From an uncultured Bacillota bacterium (GTDB lineage Bacteria > Bacillota > DTU025 > MWDF01): a stretch of 64,000 bases of DNA. Each line of letters starts with the position of its first letter. The first letter of the stretch is position 1. Both the position numbers and the translations under genes were made by a program. The notes under the pieces are model-generated. The model searched no databases. It worked only from the letters and a program-made list of their open reading frames with translations, and was not told where the DNA came from. Shown in pieces: positions 22,742 through 32,611 of this stretch. The DNA lies in the NCBI GenBank assembly GCA_963823655.1, contig CAWGMK010000007.1, forward strand, positions 1 through 64,000, read 5' to 3'.

Positions 22742-23095
22742 ATGAGCAAGGGAGATATTGTGAAAATCACGCTATTACCTAAGACACGTACTGGAACGTA
22801 TTCAGTATGTTTGTTTGTCGGCTTCATAGCTCTTGCCATAATGGGGAGCTATATTTCCTCAGCACAGGACAATACAATTGAATACCCCAATCCATTCAAT
22901 AGTCCATTACTGGGGACAGTTATATATTTGTCGTTCGCCGTCTTGTTCGGTGCAGCTGTCACTGGGTTAATTGCTGTTATCAAAGAAAAGGAGCGCTCTA
23001 TTCTCGTTTACTTCATTATTCCGACCGGTATAGTAGTCACTTTGTTTGGTTTGATGCTTCTTATCGGAGGACTAATTGGACCGCCAAATCAGTGA
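22742..23095 (+). CDS. Small membrane protein (~3 TM), hypothetical
   Basis: Three hydrophobic segments; KEKERS loop; start at 22742 or GTG 22760. Confidence 0.6.
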   Translation: MSKGDIVKITLLPKTRTGTYSVCLFVGFIALAIMGSYISSAQDNTIEYPNPFNSPLLGTVIYLSFAVLFGAAVTGLIAVIKEKERSILVYFIIPTGIVVTLFGLMLLIGGLIGPPNQ

Positions 23096-23332
23096 ATGTA
23101 TCTGTCTTATCAATGCGTTGGATCAAGTTATCGCTGGAATACTCAATGGAGTCTTGAACTTGTGTGTTCACTAAGGCTTATTGCAAGTTCAAGGCAAGCA
23201 TTAAAAATTCTTAATGCTTGCCCACATCAGTTGCCTCATGTCTTAAATCATTTTCACAGACCATGCTGCGTGTTCCTGCCTCTCCTGTCACTGCTGTTTT
23301 GTGCATCAAAACGCTCCAGTGTTATCCCTATG

Positions 23333-24979
23333 CTACTGCGGTATTTTGAAACTGTATCCGCATATAGTGCAGGTATAGGTGGTATATCCGCCTTCTGTGA
23401 AGCTAGGAGGAGTCACAACACTGATGAACGTGCAGGCTTCGACTTCCCTATGGCTTGTGTTGTTTGAGCAGATCCGGCTGTGTGTACTCCTTTGATCTGA
23501 TGATGCAGCGTCATGTGACCAGTCGCTCCAAGCGTGCCCCAACGCTTCCGAGGTATCCATATAGCTGTATTTACACCTCGAGCAAGTATGTATGGTATAT
23601 CCGCCTTCAGTGCAGGTCGGTGGGGTCACTAAGCTGTTGAACGTGCAGCTTTCCGTTTCCTTGTGATTCGCGTTACGGTAGCAGATTCGACTGTGAGTGC
23701 TAGCAGAGCCAGCCGTAGCAGCATCATGCGCCCAGTTTCTCCAAGCATGCCCCAATGCTGCAGTCGAAGCGTCTTTGTAACTGTATCCGCATCCTGTGCA
23801 GGTATGGGTGGTATATCCCTTTTCTGTACAGGTCGGCGGAGTCACAACGCTGCTGAATGTACAGACTCTCAATTCTCTGTGACTTGTGTTGCGCGAGCAG
23901 ATTTGGCTGTGGGTGCTCCTTCTGCCAAATGATGAGCCAACATGGACCCAGGCACTCCAGCTGTGCCCTAAAGCTGCAACCGGGGTATCTGCATATGTGT
24001 ATCCGCATACTGTGCAGGTATGGGTGGTGTAGCCGCCTTTAATGCAAGCCGGCGGGGTCACAACGCTGTTGAAAGCGCAGCCTTCGGTTTCCGTATGGCT
24101 TTGATTATTGGCGCAGACCCTGCTGTGAGTGCTCGTTTCGCCTGATGCACTGTCATGTGTCCATGCGCTCCAGCTGTGCCCCAATGCTGCAACTTGGTTA
24201 TCCGTATAATTGTATCCGCATATCGTGCAGGTATGAGTAGTATATCCGCTTTCGGTGCAAGTCGGCTGAATTACAGCGTTGTTGAAAGTGCAGCCAACCG
24301 TCTCCGTGTGATTTGTGTCACGGGAGCAGGTCCGGCTATGGGTGCTCGTCACGCCTGTCGTTGCAATGTCATGGGCCCAATTGCCCCAGATATGCCCCAA
24401 TGCACTAACAATATTGTCATCATAATAGTATCCACATCCTGCCGTGCAAGTGTGACGTGTATATCCTCCCTGCGTACAGGTTGGCGGAACGACAGCTGTC
24501 ACTGCCATGGTATGGGCTTCAACATTATTTGTCAGACCGCAAACGCAGGCATGCCAGTGATTTGTGCCATTGTATGCCCAATTAGCATATTCATGTTCAA
24601 TATTCAGCGTATAGCTAAAAGAATTGGCGTCAATGTATGGCCAATCCACCCCGCTTGATACAAGCCTGGCAAGAAATAGGCTATAGTAATGTCCACTTTC
24701 AGGGAGATTTCTAACGAGATAAGGAGGATCCGTGAATGTGTAACCAGGGTTTATTGTGGCATACCACTGACTCCATGTCATTGGGCTGCTATATTGCATT
24801 TTTACATGTGTGTTTGGGTCAATCCCATCCACAGTAAAAAGGACCGATACGTTCTCACCGTGTTTAACGGGGCTAGGATCCTGCACGAATGTAACAGTAT
24901 ATGCCGCTGCAGCGGCAGGCATGAGCAGGATACACGCCATAAGCAAGCCGACCACGAGAAGCGGTGATCTTTTTTGCAT
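23333..24979 (-). CDS. Secreted Cys/His-rich tandem repeat protein
   Basis: Signal peptide; ~5.5 repeats of ~71-72 aa with HxWxxW..THSRxC..H..C..PTCTxxGYTxHTCxxCG..ALGH. Confidence 0.8.
   Translation of the reverse strand: MQKRSPLLVVGLLMACILLMPAAAAAYTVTFVQDPSPVKHGENVSVLFTVDGIDPNTHVKMQYSSPMTWSQWYATINPGYTFTDPPYLVRNLPESGHYYSLFLARLVSSGVDWPYIDANSFSYTLNIEHEYANWAYNGTNHWHACVCGLTNNVEAHTMAVTAVVPPTCTQGGYTRHTCTAGCGYYYDDNIVSALGHIWGNWAHDIATTGVTSTHSRTCSRDTNHTETVGCTFNNAVIQPTCTESGYTTHTCTICGYNYTDNQVAALGHSWSAWTHDSASGETSTHSRVCANNQSHTETEGCAFNSVVTPPACIKGGYTTHTCTVCGYTYADTPVAALGHSWSAWVHVGSSFGRRSTHSQICSRNTSHRELRVCTFSSVVTPPTCTEKGYTTHTCTGCGYSYKDASTAALGHAWRNWAHDAATAGSASTHSRICYRNANHKETESCTFNSLVTPPTCTEGGYTIHTCSRCKYSYMDTSEALGHAWSDWSHDAASSDQRSTHSRICSNNTSHREVEACTFISVVTPPSFTEGGYTTYTCTICGYSFKIPQ
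23340..24500 (-). repeat. Intragenic tandem repeats, ~213-216 bp unit
   Basis: Recurrent GTATCCGCA..GTGCAGGTATG.GTGGT and TGCCCCAATGC motifs at ~215-nt spacing. Confidence 0.85.
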
Positions 24980-25580
24980 AACCTATCTCCACCTTTCTAT
25001 AAAAGTCATTCATGCACAATAACAGCAATACGTTAATACGAATCAATGATTGGTCAGCCTAGCTGAAACCAACCTGAAGAATAGTTCTTGTTTTCTTATT
25101 GATCCTTTTTCTCATATCCCTTATCAACATCACGAGGTGAAGATATTATGCAAATATGATAGATTGTGAAGAGCTGCCGCAATTGCCTCAACTGAATGTC
25201 ATCGCTAATTGCTGCTGTAATATTCGTCATTAATATCTGAAATCATTCTGATAATTCTGAAAATGTTTTAATGCCGGAATTTTTCAATTTGAGTCTTTAT
25301 CGAAATTTGATAGCAGCCAAGAATGTCTGATCTGATGTTTTCATTACGCGATGTATAAAATAATTCTGTAAGAGTCTGGTAGTTTTTAACCCTATTGGCT
25401 TCGGCGGTGATATTCAATTTGTTTCTGTTCGTGAGATCCATTCTTGTATCTCTTGAGACCATACATTCCGGCTACTTAACAGTATTCAAATCCTAATGCT
25501 TGCACCCTTCTTGATAAATGCATTTTTATATTCACGTTCGCTTGTCTAGGTAAAGGCGAATAAGAGGGCGCTTTTTGCTT

Positions 25581-25825
25581 TGCTTGACCGTTTGCTTGAC
25601 CACTAGCCTACAATGCAAAACAAAACCGCCAGCATACTGGCGGTATCTAGCTCTATTGATGCCGAAGGCGGGATTCAAATGACTTCAATCCTTTGTATCC
25701 ATCTAGTATCCCTAATTCCATACAGTCCAGCTATTTGACCCCTATTTGAATCCTACTACGTCCATTTAGTTCATATAATCCACTGGGTATCACCACGTCT
25801 GCTTGACCGTTTGCTTGACCACTAG
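25581..25825 (-). repeat. attP-like junction: 26-bp arm repeat, hairpin, tRNA-Leu-like 3' fragment, periodic motifs, arm repeat
   Basis: TGCTTGACCGTTTGCTTGACCACTAG at 25581-25606 and 25800-25825; hairpin ACCGCCAG-CATA-CTGGCGGT; minus-strand TTGAATCCCGCCTTCGGCATCA at 25657-25678. Confidence 0.65.
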
Positions 25826-25954
25826 ATCCAGCACTCCTGCTGGCTTGCTTAGGAGGTGTTCGATCATTAATCTTGCAATATCTATGGAAGCTGCCGTTAT
25901 AGCTTTCGTTTTGCTTGATCAAATGCGAATTCTCCTAGGATCCCTATCTCATCA

Positions 25955-26764
25955 TTACCCCATAGTTGAAGCATAGGATTTTATACTCCATGCTTCACAT
26001 ATTTTGACTACATCCTGCTCGTTAGGCGCCCAGACCTCATCTGTTTTGCTGTACCCAATTTCCTTTTCAATGCGGCTTATACGACCCTTATCTCTCATCC
26101 TTTGGCCCGTTTCGCCCAAGTATGCAAAGGACCTCTTTATATTTCCAGCGCTTGCTTTCATCCATTGGTGATATTCGACGATCCTATTTGTGCTATAGGC
26201 ATGTGCTTCACTAAACTCTAGGCTTAGGGTCCTTATCAGGTCTTCTACATCATAATAGCAAAGGGCAAATGCTTGAAATGATGCTATGATAGTCCACTTG
26301 TTAACGCAAGGTAGTATTAAGGCGTAATCAATTGCATGATTACCGAATACCTCCTCTAAGCCATATTGGCATTGGACGCTCTTCACATCCCCTTTCAAGA
26401 GGATGCGTGCTAGTTTATCGTTGTCAGCATCCTTTACGGCCAACCAACTGGATTTATAGGGTAATCCGATATCCCTTAATTCAATCGATTTGCAATAAGA
26501 ATCGGTAGTAGATATTGCTATAGAACGCTCTAGCGCTTCTACTACTTCAGTCGGATTGCTTATATCGCAAACAATCGGTTGAAGGTATAGATAGTAGTTG
26601 TTCTGCTTCTTCGTTGGCCAAAATGTTATTGAATTTCCTGATAGTTTAACATGCACATACTTCTTACCACGTTCCGCATTAGCCTCGCCTTTGACTTCAT
26701 AGAAAATCTCAACAGGACTTTCAGTGTCCCAATATGCTGCCTTGACATACGGCAACCTATCCAT
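25955..26764 (-). CDS. Hypothetical protein (C-terminal domain with YKSSWLAVK / YHQWMKA..RSFAY motifs)
   Basis: 269-aa ORF in AT-rich DNA, overlapping the upstream ORF stop. Confidence 0.65.
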   Translation of the reverse strand: MDRLPYVKAAYWDTESPVEIFYEVKGEANAERGKKYVHVKLSGNSITFWPTKKQNNYYLYLQPIVCDISNPTEVVEALERSIAISTTDSYCKSIELRDIGLPYKSSWLAVKDADNDKLARILLKGDVKSVQCQYGLEEVFGNHAIDYALILPCVNKWTIIASFQAFALCYYDVEDLIRTLSLEFSEAHAYSTNRIVEYHQWMKASAGNIKRSFAYLGETGQRMRDKGRISRIEKEIGYSKTDEVWAPNEQDVVKICEAWSIKSYASTMG

Positions 26765-26939
26765 ACTCGTGTCTGGCTACATCGAAGAAGGCACTGATGA
26801 TTTCTTCGTCGGTGAAGTTCGGTTCTATTCGAATTATTGGCAGGGTTGGTAGTATCTCATTATCTTTCGTTTGCTTTAACGTTACGATGATGCTTTGACC
26901 ATCTGCCGTGTTGTAGCAAATCTCAAATTTCCCTTCCAT
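26757..26939 (-). CDS. Small hypothetical protein
   Basis: 60 aa with AGGAG RBS, coupled to the next gene. Confidence 0.5.
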   Translation of the reverse strand: MEGKFEICYNTADGQSIIVTLKQTKDNEILPTLPIIRIEPNFTDEEIISAFFDVARHEYG

Positions 26940-27032
26940 TTCGATCTCCTATTTGGGCAATACTGATAAGCCCCAAGATATGGTACCAGTTCTCCGGGTG
27001 AAGGTCAAAGTTTTCGATTGCTTCAAGTCGGT

Positions 27033-27329
27033 CTATAGAACATCTACCGGTATGTATTGGATGCCAACGATGCCCTCCTTAATAAGTGCATCGACAACCG
27101 GTTTCTTAACAACCACCATTCTCCCATGAAGTCTCTCTTGGGTAAGGTTGAAATCCTTCGTAGCCACAATTCCTGTTTTCGAGAAACCTATAGTCTTATA
27201 CGTCCAGTAATCGGTCGTTCCTATAATACCGCAGCTGCAATTTCTTCTTCTCTCTTCTGGCAATATATTGGCCAGGTTGGTACATAATGTTTGAAAGCTT
27301 CTTGACACTGCCCTTGTTTCGACATTCAT
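27033..27329 (-). CDS. Hypothetical protein or gene fragment
   Basis: C-terminus VVVKKPVVDALIKEGIVGIQYIPV is protein-like; 5' part appears degraded. Confidence 0.35.
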   Translation of the reverse strand: MNVETRAVSRSFQTLCTNLANILPEERRRNCSCGIIGTTDYWTYKTIGFSKTGIVATKDFNLTQERLHGRMVVVKKPVVDALIKEGIVGIQYIPVDVL

Positions 27330-27800
27330 TTATAAAAAAGCGGTACTCGGTCTATAGAAAAGTCAAGAGGACAACTATAGCTATGTTTGCAATGGTTTTT
27401 ATGATAAACATGATTTCTTCGACTCGTACTCTGCTAATCTCAAGTTCATCAGCTATCTTAGTAATATACGGTTTATGCTCAGTGTATTTCCATTTGGTCC
27501 ATATTAAATCCTTAAATCTCTTGCCGTTAAACCAATTGATATAGCTAAAATCAATACTTTGAAAATAAAAGCTGCGGGCCTGTCATCATTCCATTTCCAT
27601 ATGGCAAGAATATACCCTGTAGATAGGAGATACTATTCCCGTCCATGCTGATATGGTTCTTTTCATTCCTGAGTTCTTCCTATTAAAGAACCATTTGTTT
27701 AGAACCAAATCATTGCGGCTTTCATTATCATCATAAGTTATCCTCATCAACCTAAAAAACCCGAACTCGCTACTTAGGATTAGGAAGATACCCATGGAAT

Positions 27801-28136
27801 TTATTGTATCCTTGCAGCCCAAAATCCTAGTGACAAAAAACTTACAACTAATATGAAGGATGCGACAACATTAAACGACAAGTAATCAGAATATACAAAT
27901 TCCTTTCCAGTTAGTTCGCCTATCTTTAACCCGGCTTCGTAATTGTTACATGTAGCTGCTCTTTCATACCATTCAATACCTATCCCTATATGCATTAGTC
28001 GTTCTGTCATTACCTGGAAGTGGTAAGAGATATAGTAATCGCCAAGCTCCTCCATGCTTTGAGGGTCGCCACTCTGAGCTTCTCGAATTAATTCTTGAAG
28101 CGCCTTTTGTTCATCCTCTTCAACGTTCTTGTGCAT
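27801..28136 (-). CDS. Sel1-like repeat protein with C-terminal TM segment (possibly continues by frameshift into 27586-27822)
   Basis: AQSGDPQSMEELGDYY..EWYERAA pattern; GGGGGT RBS. Confidence 0.5.
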   Translation of the reverse strand: MHKNVEEDEQKALQELIREAQSGDPQSMEELGDYYISYHFQVMTERLMHIGIGIEWYERAATCNNYEAGLKIGELTGKEFVYSDYLSFNVVASFILVVSFLSLGFWAARIQ

Positions 28137-28314
28137 TCCATGACCCCCAGATTCAATACAGGTTTTGGATAAGTACTCAATATACCTTCTTGAGCAATCT
28201 GCCGCTTCCTTCCAATACTAGTGTTTATTGTTTTATCCAATCGAGTTTTCTTCATCCATTGAGTCGAATTCTGCCGGCAAAATATACGGCAATTAGAGGG
28301 GGGTTTTTATACTC

Positions 28315-28410
28315 TGCTTGACCGTTTGCTTGACCACTAGCCTATATGCAAAACAATACCGCCAGCGTACTGGCGGTATGAAACCCCATTGATGTTAATG
28401 GCGGGATTCT
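28315..28410 (-). repeat. Second copy of att-like end (arm repeat, hairpin, degenerate tRNA-like core)
   Basis: TGCTTGACCGTTTGCTTGACCACTAGCCTA..ACCGCCAGCGTACTGGCGGT..TGATGTTAATGGCGGGATTC. Confidence 0.65.
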
Positions 28411-28487
28411 GCAACAAATCTCTCGCTGCATATATAAGCTTTCTAATACCCAGTAAAAAGATACCAACCAAACGCATTCTTATAGGT

Positions 28488-29273
28488 TTATTTCGGCTGC
28501 ATTACTCCGGCGAACACAAGCCATGCAAGGACAGATTTTGCAACCAGACTCAAAACTATATAGGCGCGTTCACCATAGAGATAATCGGCCCATCTGCCTA
28601 TCTTCTTGTATTGAAGGACCATATTGATTGGGAACAGGTTGAAGAAGACGAAGTATGATCCCACTATTGCGTAGGCAAACCACGGGACCTTTGACAAGTC
28701 CGAGTTGCCGAAAGCGTGAAGGAATACTACTACCCAAGGGCCTATTCCTGCAATTGAGCCAAATACAAATGGACTCCAGTCGGTTTTCTTCTTAAATTGG
28801 TTGAGCTCTTCCATCAACAGGCCGAAGAGGTTCATCGAGGCGTTTACAAGGAATATGAGCAGGAGCGCGCCGACGTCATACACTCCGAAGAGCTGGGCGA
28901 TGAGCAAAATCATAAGAGACGAGCTTAGAGCATACTCGAACCATCTAAATCTGTTTATGCCCTTCTCCAAACCCTTGTTGTATTCCTTATTGCCCCAAGG
29001 GGAGACAATTATGAAATGGGCGAGCGCCGAAAGAAGCAGGAAGCAGGCAACCAGCGCCGCGAAAGGAAGGTCCGCAATCTTCTTCGAATTGGTCACAAGC
29101 CTCATAAGCGTAGTATCGAAGGTTAGAAAATTGGACCAGACCGGTAACTTGAAGCTGGAGAACTTATCCACCAGGAGCGCAAGCGACAACATCGCTGCTC
29201 CTTGAATGAAGTGCAGGAAACCCATGAAAAGGTTGAATTTCTTAAGGGAGGAAAGCTCGGTTTCTCTATACAT
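28488..29273 (-). CDS. heR: Heliorhodopsin
   Basis: 261 aa, 7 TM; FLHFIQG, ALAHF, NRFRWFEYALSSSLM (counterion Glu), YLYGERAYIVLSLVAKS (retinal Lys). Confidence 0.93.
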   Translation of the reverse strand: MYRETELSSLKKFNLFMGFLHFIQGAAMLSLALLVDKFSSFKLPVWSNFLTFDTTLMRLVTNSKKIADLPFAALVACFLLLSALAHFIIVSPWGNKEYNKGLEKGINRFRWFEYALSSSLMILLIAQLFGVYDVGALLLIFLVNASMNLFGLLMEELNQFKKKTDWSPFVFGSIAGIGPWVVVFLHAFGNSDLSKVPWFAYAIVGSYFVFFNLFPINMVLQYKKIGRWADYLYGERAYIVLSLVAKSVLAWLVFAGVMQPK

Positions 29274-29338
29274 TTTTGCATACTCCTTTTTAGTTAATTC
29301 GTACGTGCCTTACAGCCATTTGCCTGATTGGAAAGACG

Positions 29339-30313
29339 CTACAAGGCTTCCGAAATCACCCGAAGCGCGTTCTTATAAGCTACCTTCTCGATCACTTCGC
29401 TGCTTAGCCCGTCTTTCTGAAGCTTATCGAAGAGAAGTCCCATCTTTGAGCTGTCCGATACTTCTATGTTGCCATCTATCCCGTCGAAATCGGATCCTAG
29501 AGCCGCAATATCAGTTCCTCCCACATCAATCATGTGCCTAACATGGGCTGACATCATTTCCAAAGTGCTCTCTTTACCGGCAGCATCCGGGCTGAGGAAT
29601 ATCGGCGCGAAATTGAGCCCTGCAACACCGCCGTGGTCGGCAAGGACCTTTATCATGTTATCGGTCAAATTCCTTCGATGCGGGCTGAGGGCCCTGCAAT
29701 TGGAGTGCGATGCTATGAAAGGCTTCTTCGAAATTTCTGCTACATCGCTGAAACCGCCGTCAGAAAGGTGTGAGACATCCACAAGCATCCCTATGGAGTT
29801 CATGTACTCTATTGCGGCTTTCCCGAAGGGCTTCAACCCTTTTTGCATGATTTCGGCGTCTTTCGAGTTGGGATATCCGAAGCAGTTCTCATAGTTCCAC
29901 GTAAGAGAAATCAACCTCACTCCGGCTTCATAGTAACGTTCAATATTCTCAAGCTTGCCCTCTACGCTCCTGCCATCTTCAATTGTCAGAAATGCGGACA
30001 TCTTACCTTTGCTCTCATTTTCCAGCATCTCGGAAGCATTGCCGGCGAAGCTAATGATATCGGCATATTTCTCCAGATTCATCTTGAACGTCGTGCTAAG
30101 CTGCCCGATATATTCTTCATCGGATACAAATTCAACGTTAGGAGCGTGTTTAGCAATCTCCGGCGAGAGCATGTACATCGCGAAAAACTGGGCAAGCTGC
30201 CCTCCTTGCTTCATCCGCGCGAAATCGACCATGCCGTCCATCTCGTACATATCCTGCTTCTTGAACAGGAATGTCCTCATTAATGTATCGCAGTGCAGGT
30301 CTATGAATTTCAT
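29339..30313 (-). CDS. Membrane dipeptidase family (peptidase M19)
   Basis: DLHCDT, LTWNYEN, DVSHLSD, ASHSNCR, GSDFDG. Confidence 0.9.
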   Translation of the reverse strand: MKFIDLHCDTLMRTFLFKKQDMYEMDGMVDFARMKQGGQLAQFFAMYMLSPEIAKHAPNVEFVSDEEYIGQLSTTFKMNLEKYADIISFAGNASEMLENESKGKMSAFLTIEDGRSVEGKLENIERYYEAGVRLISLTWNYENCFGYPNSKDAEIMQKGLKPFGKAAIEYMNSIGMLVDVSHLSDGGFSDVAEISKKPFIASHSNCRALSPHRRNLTDNMIKVLADHGGVAGLNFAPIFLSPDAAGKESTLEMMSAHVRHMIDVGGTDIAALGSDFDGIDGNIEVSDSSKMGLLFDKLQKDGLSSEVIEKVAYKNALRVISEAL

Positions 30314-30348
30314 GGCTTGCTCCTTGTCATAGATAGCTAATAGTCCTC

Positions 30349-31161
30349 TTATTTATCCCGTCCGGGCCCCATCTTCACGCCACAGATGCTCTCTACTTTG
30401 GCAATGGCCTGTCTCGCGCCGTTAACCATATGCCCGATCTCGCTTGTAAGGGCGACTAGCTGGAAACCTTGGCCAATCCTCTCAGCTACGATCTCGGGGG
30501 ATCCCAGGTACATGCCTACCGGAATGTTATGGCTCTTGCCTGCAGCAAGCACCTTTTGAACAGCTTCTTCGAACCTGGGGTTCTTGAACTGCCCTGGAAT
30601 GCCCATCGATGAAGTGAGGTCATAAGGGCCGATAAATGCTGCTCCGACGCCTTCAACTTGGAGGATCTCTTCGATGTTGTCTATTGATGCCTGCGTTTCG
30701 ATCTGGACGATGACGAGGATGTTGTCGTTTGCCTCCCTCATGTACTTGCCTTCGTCCATATCATACCTAGTAGTGCGGCCCCCTCCTACTCCTCTTAGCC
30801 CCTTAGGAGGGAACATACAACCTCTTACGGCCATCTCTGCTTCAGCTTTCGAATTGACCCATGGCACCACGATGCCCATGGCACCCCGATCCAGGGCCAA
30901 TTTCATAAGCACCGGATCGTTCCACGCAACACGTACGAATGGCACGACATCGGTACGCTCTATTGTCCTTATCATGTTTTCAGCGCCCTCGAAGTTATGG
31001 GCGGAATGCTCCATATCGATCACGAGCCAGTCGAAACCGACGTAACTCATGGCTTCGGCCGAGGAGCACGAGGAGATGCTCAGCCATGTGCCCAAAGTTG
31101 GCTTGCCCTGCATCAGTAACGCTTTGACTCTATTAGCCCTAAACTGACTATTATCTGCCAT
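30349..31161 (-). CDS. HpcH/HpaI (GarL-like) class II aldolase
   Basis: GFDWLVIDMEHS, VQIET, FIGPYDL. Confidence 0.9.
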   Translation of the reverse strand: MADNSQFRANRVKALLMQGKPTLGTWLSISSCSSAEAMSYVGFDWLVIDMEHSAHNFEGAENMIRTIERTDVVPFVRVAWNDPVLMKLALDRGAMGIVVPWVNSKAEAEMAVRGCMFPPKGLRGVGGGRTTRYDMDEGKYMREANDNILVIVQIETQASIDNIEEILQVEGVGAAFIGPYDLTSSMGIPGQFKNPRFEEAVQKVLAAGKSHNIPVGMYLGSPEIVAERIGQGFQLVALTSEIGHMVNGARQAIAKVESICGVKMGPGRDK

Positions 31162-31280
31162 TTTATCCTCCTAGAAAATCTGATAAGGTAGCGTTCCCCA
31201 TACACTTGGGCTACACCTTCTGGTCTGCCTTGCATATTGTCTGCTCAAACGCTTATCCGCCTTTACTTTTCCGGTTTAGA

Positions 31281-32464
31281 TCATTCAATGCCCGCAAACC
31301 AGAAAGGTGCCGATGAATACAGCTTCATCATGGTCTTCAAGGCAGACTCATCAATTGTGAAGCAGGGATTATGTATGTCTTTCGAATACTCCGCTGCCTT
31401 ATTCGCAGCCCCTATTAGAACGAATGTGCCGGGCACTTTCTTGAGAAAATATGTGTAATCCTCGCCAACCATCAAAGGCTTCGCCCTCAGGACATTCTCC
31501 GCTCCGAGCACCCTTGCCGCCAGCTTGCCCATCTCCTCCGTTATCTTGACGTCATTGACTAGCGGCGGGTAATGGCATATGTACTCTACCTCGGCGCTTG
31601 CCCCCATCGAGGAGGCGATGCCCGTCACCATGTCAATAATCGATTTTCTAACCATATCCCGAACCTTCGTATCGAAAGTCCTGACCGTGCCGGTAATATT
31701 GGCAACATCGGCGATAACGTTGAACCTGTATCCTGCATTGATCGTTCCTACTGCGACCACGCAAGGGACTCCCGGCTCGGCCTTCCTTGAAACAATCGTC
31801 TGCAGCGCATTCACAATGTTGGCAGCAATCGGGATAGTATCAATGGCGTTGTGGGGCGCTGCCGCATGTCCTCCCACGCCCGTAATCTTTATCCTGAACT
31901 CGTCAGGGGCCGCAAACAGAGCCCCTTCTCTAAGCGCCACCTGCCCCGGGAGGTAATCACCCAAGACATGCCCCCAATGATGATATCGACGCCTTCCATC
32001 GCGCCCTGCTCTATCATAGGTATGGCGCCGCCGGGTCCCTCTTCTGCCGGCTGAAAGATGAATTTCACGGTTCCCGGCAGCTCGGACCTGAACGAGGAAA
32101 GAAGCTTTGCCGTCGAAAGAAGGCCCGCAGTATGCGCATCATGCCCGCAGCCGTGCATCCACCCTTCATGCTCTGATTTGAAGGGAAGGCCCGTCCTTTC
32201 GGTTATTGGAAGGCCGTCCATGTCGGCGCGTATGGCTATCGTACGCCCCGGCAAGCCTCCTTTTAATACCCCAATGACACCGGTGCCGGCTACTTGCGTT
32301 CGGACTTCGTCTAGCCCCAAGCCTTTGAGCTTCTGGGCTACGTATGCCGACGTCTTGAACTCCTTTAGCCCTGCCTCAGGCCACTTGTGCAGCGCCCGCC
32401 GAGTTTCGACGGCATCCTGGAAGATCTCCTCGCTTTTTGCAGATATCCTCTCATATACAGACAT
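31281..32464 (-). CDS. M20D-family amidohydrolase, frameshift near 31960
   Basis: RADMDGLP, MHGCGHDAH, FQPAEEG, GGHAAAPH, GED, HNP. Confidence 0.88.
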
Positions 32465-32611
32465 TTGTCCGCCGCCTTTCTGATAATTATTAAGGAGCCC
32501 ATATCAGAACTTCCTGCGATCCTTTGTTAAATAATAAGATACCGTTTCCCCTAATGGTTAAACGGTATCATCATTTGCCGATTCTGTCCTGCATTTGCAC
32601 GTTCCTCTTCG

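Larger units (their letters stand above)
25657..28410 (-). mobile_element. Putative integrase-less ~2.7-kb cassette / island remnant bounded by att-like direct repeats
   Basis: ~95-bp direct repeat (25581-25676 vs 28315-28409), AT-rich interior, all cargo ORFs on minus strand. Confidence 0.55.

Noticed and set aside
23340-24500. CRISPR or DGR-like repeats
   Set aside because: Repeats are in-frame protein repeats diverged at all base types; no reverse transcriptase or adenine-specific variation.
25657-25700. Intact tRNA-Leu gene
   Set aside because: Only ~20 nt of T-arm/acceptor-like sequence; no D-arm or anticodon arm upstream on the minus strand at either copy.
25581-28340. CRISPR array from the 26-bp repeat
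   Set aside because: Only three copies at 219 bp and ~2.5 kb spacing, with no regular spacers and no cas genes.
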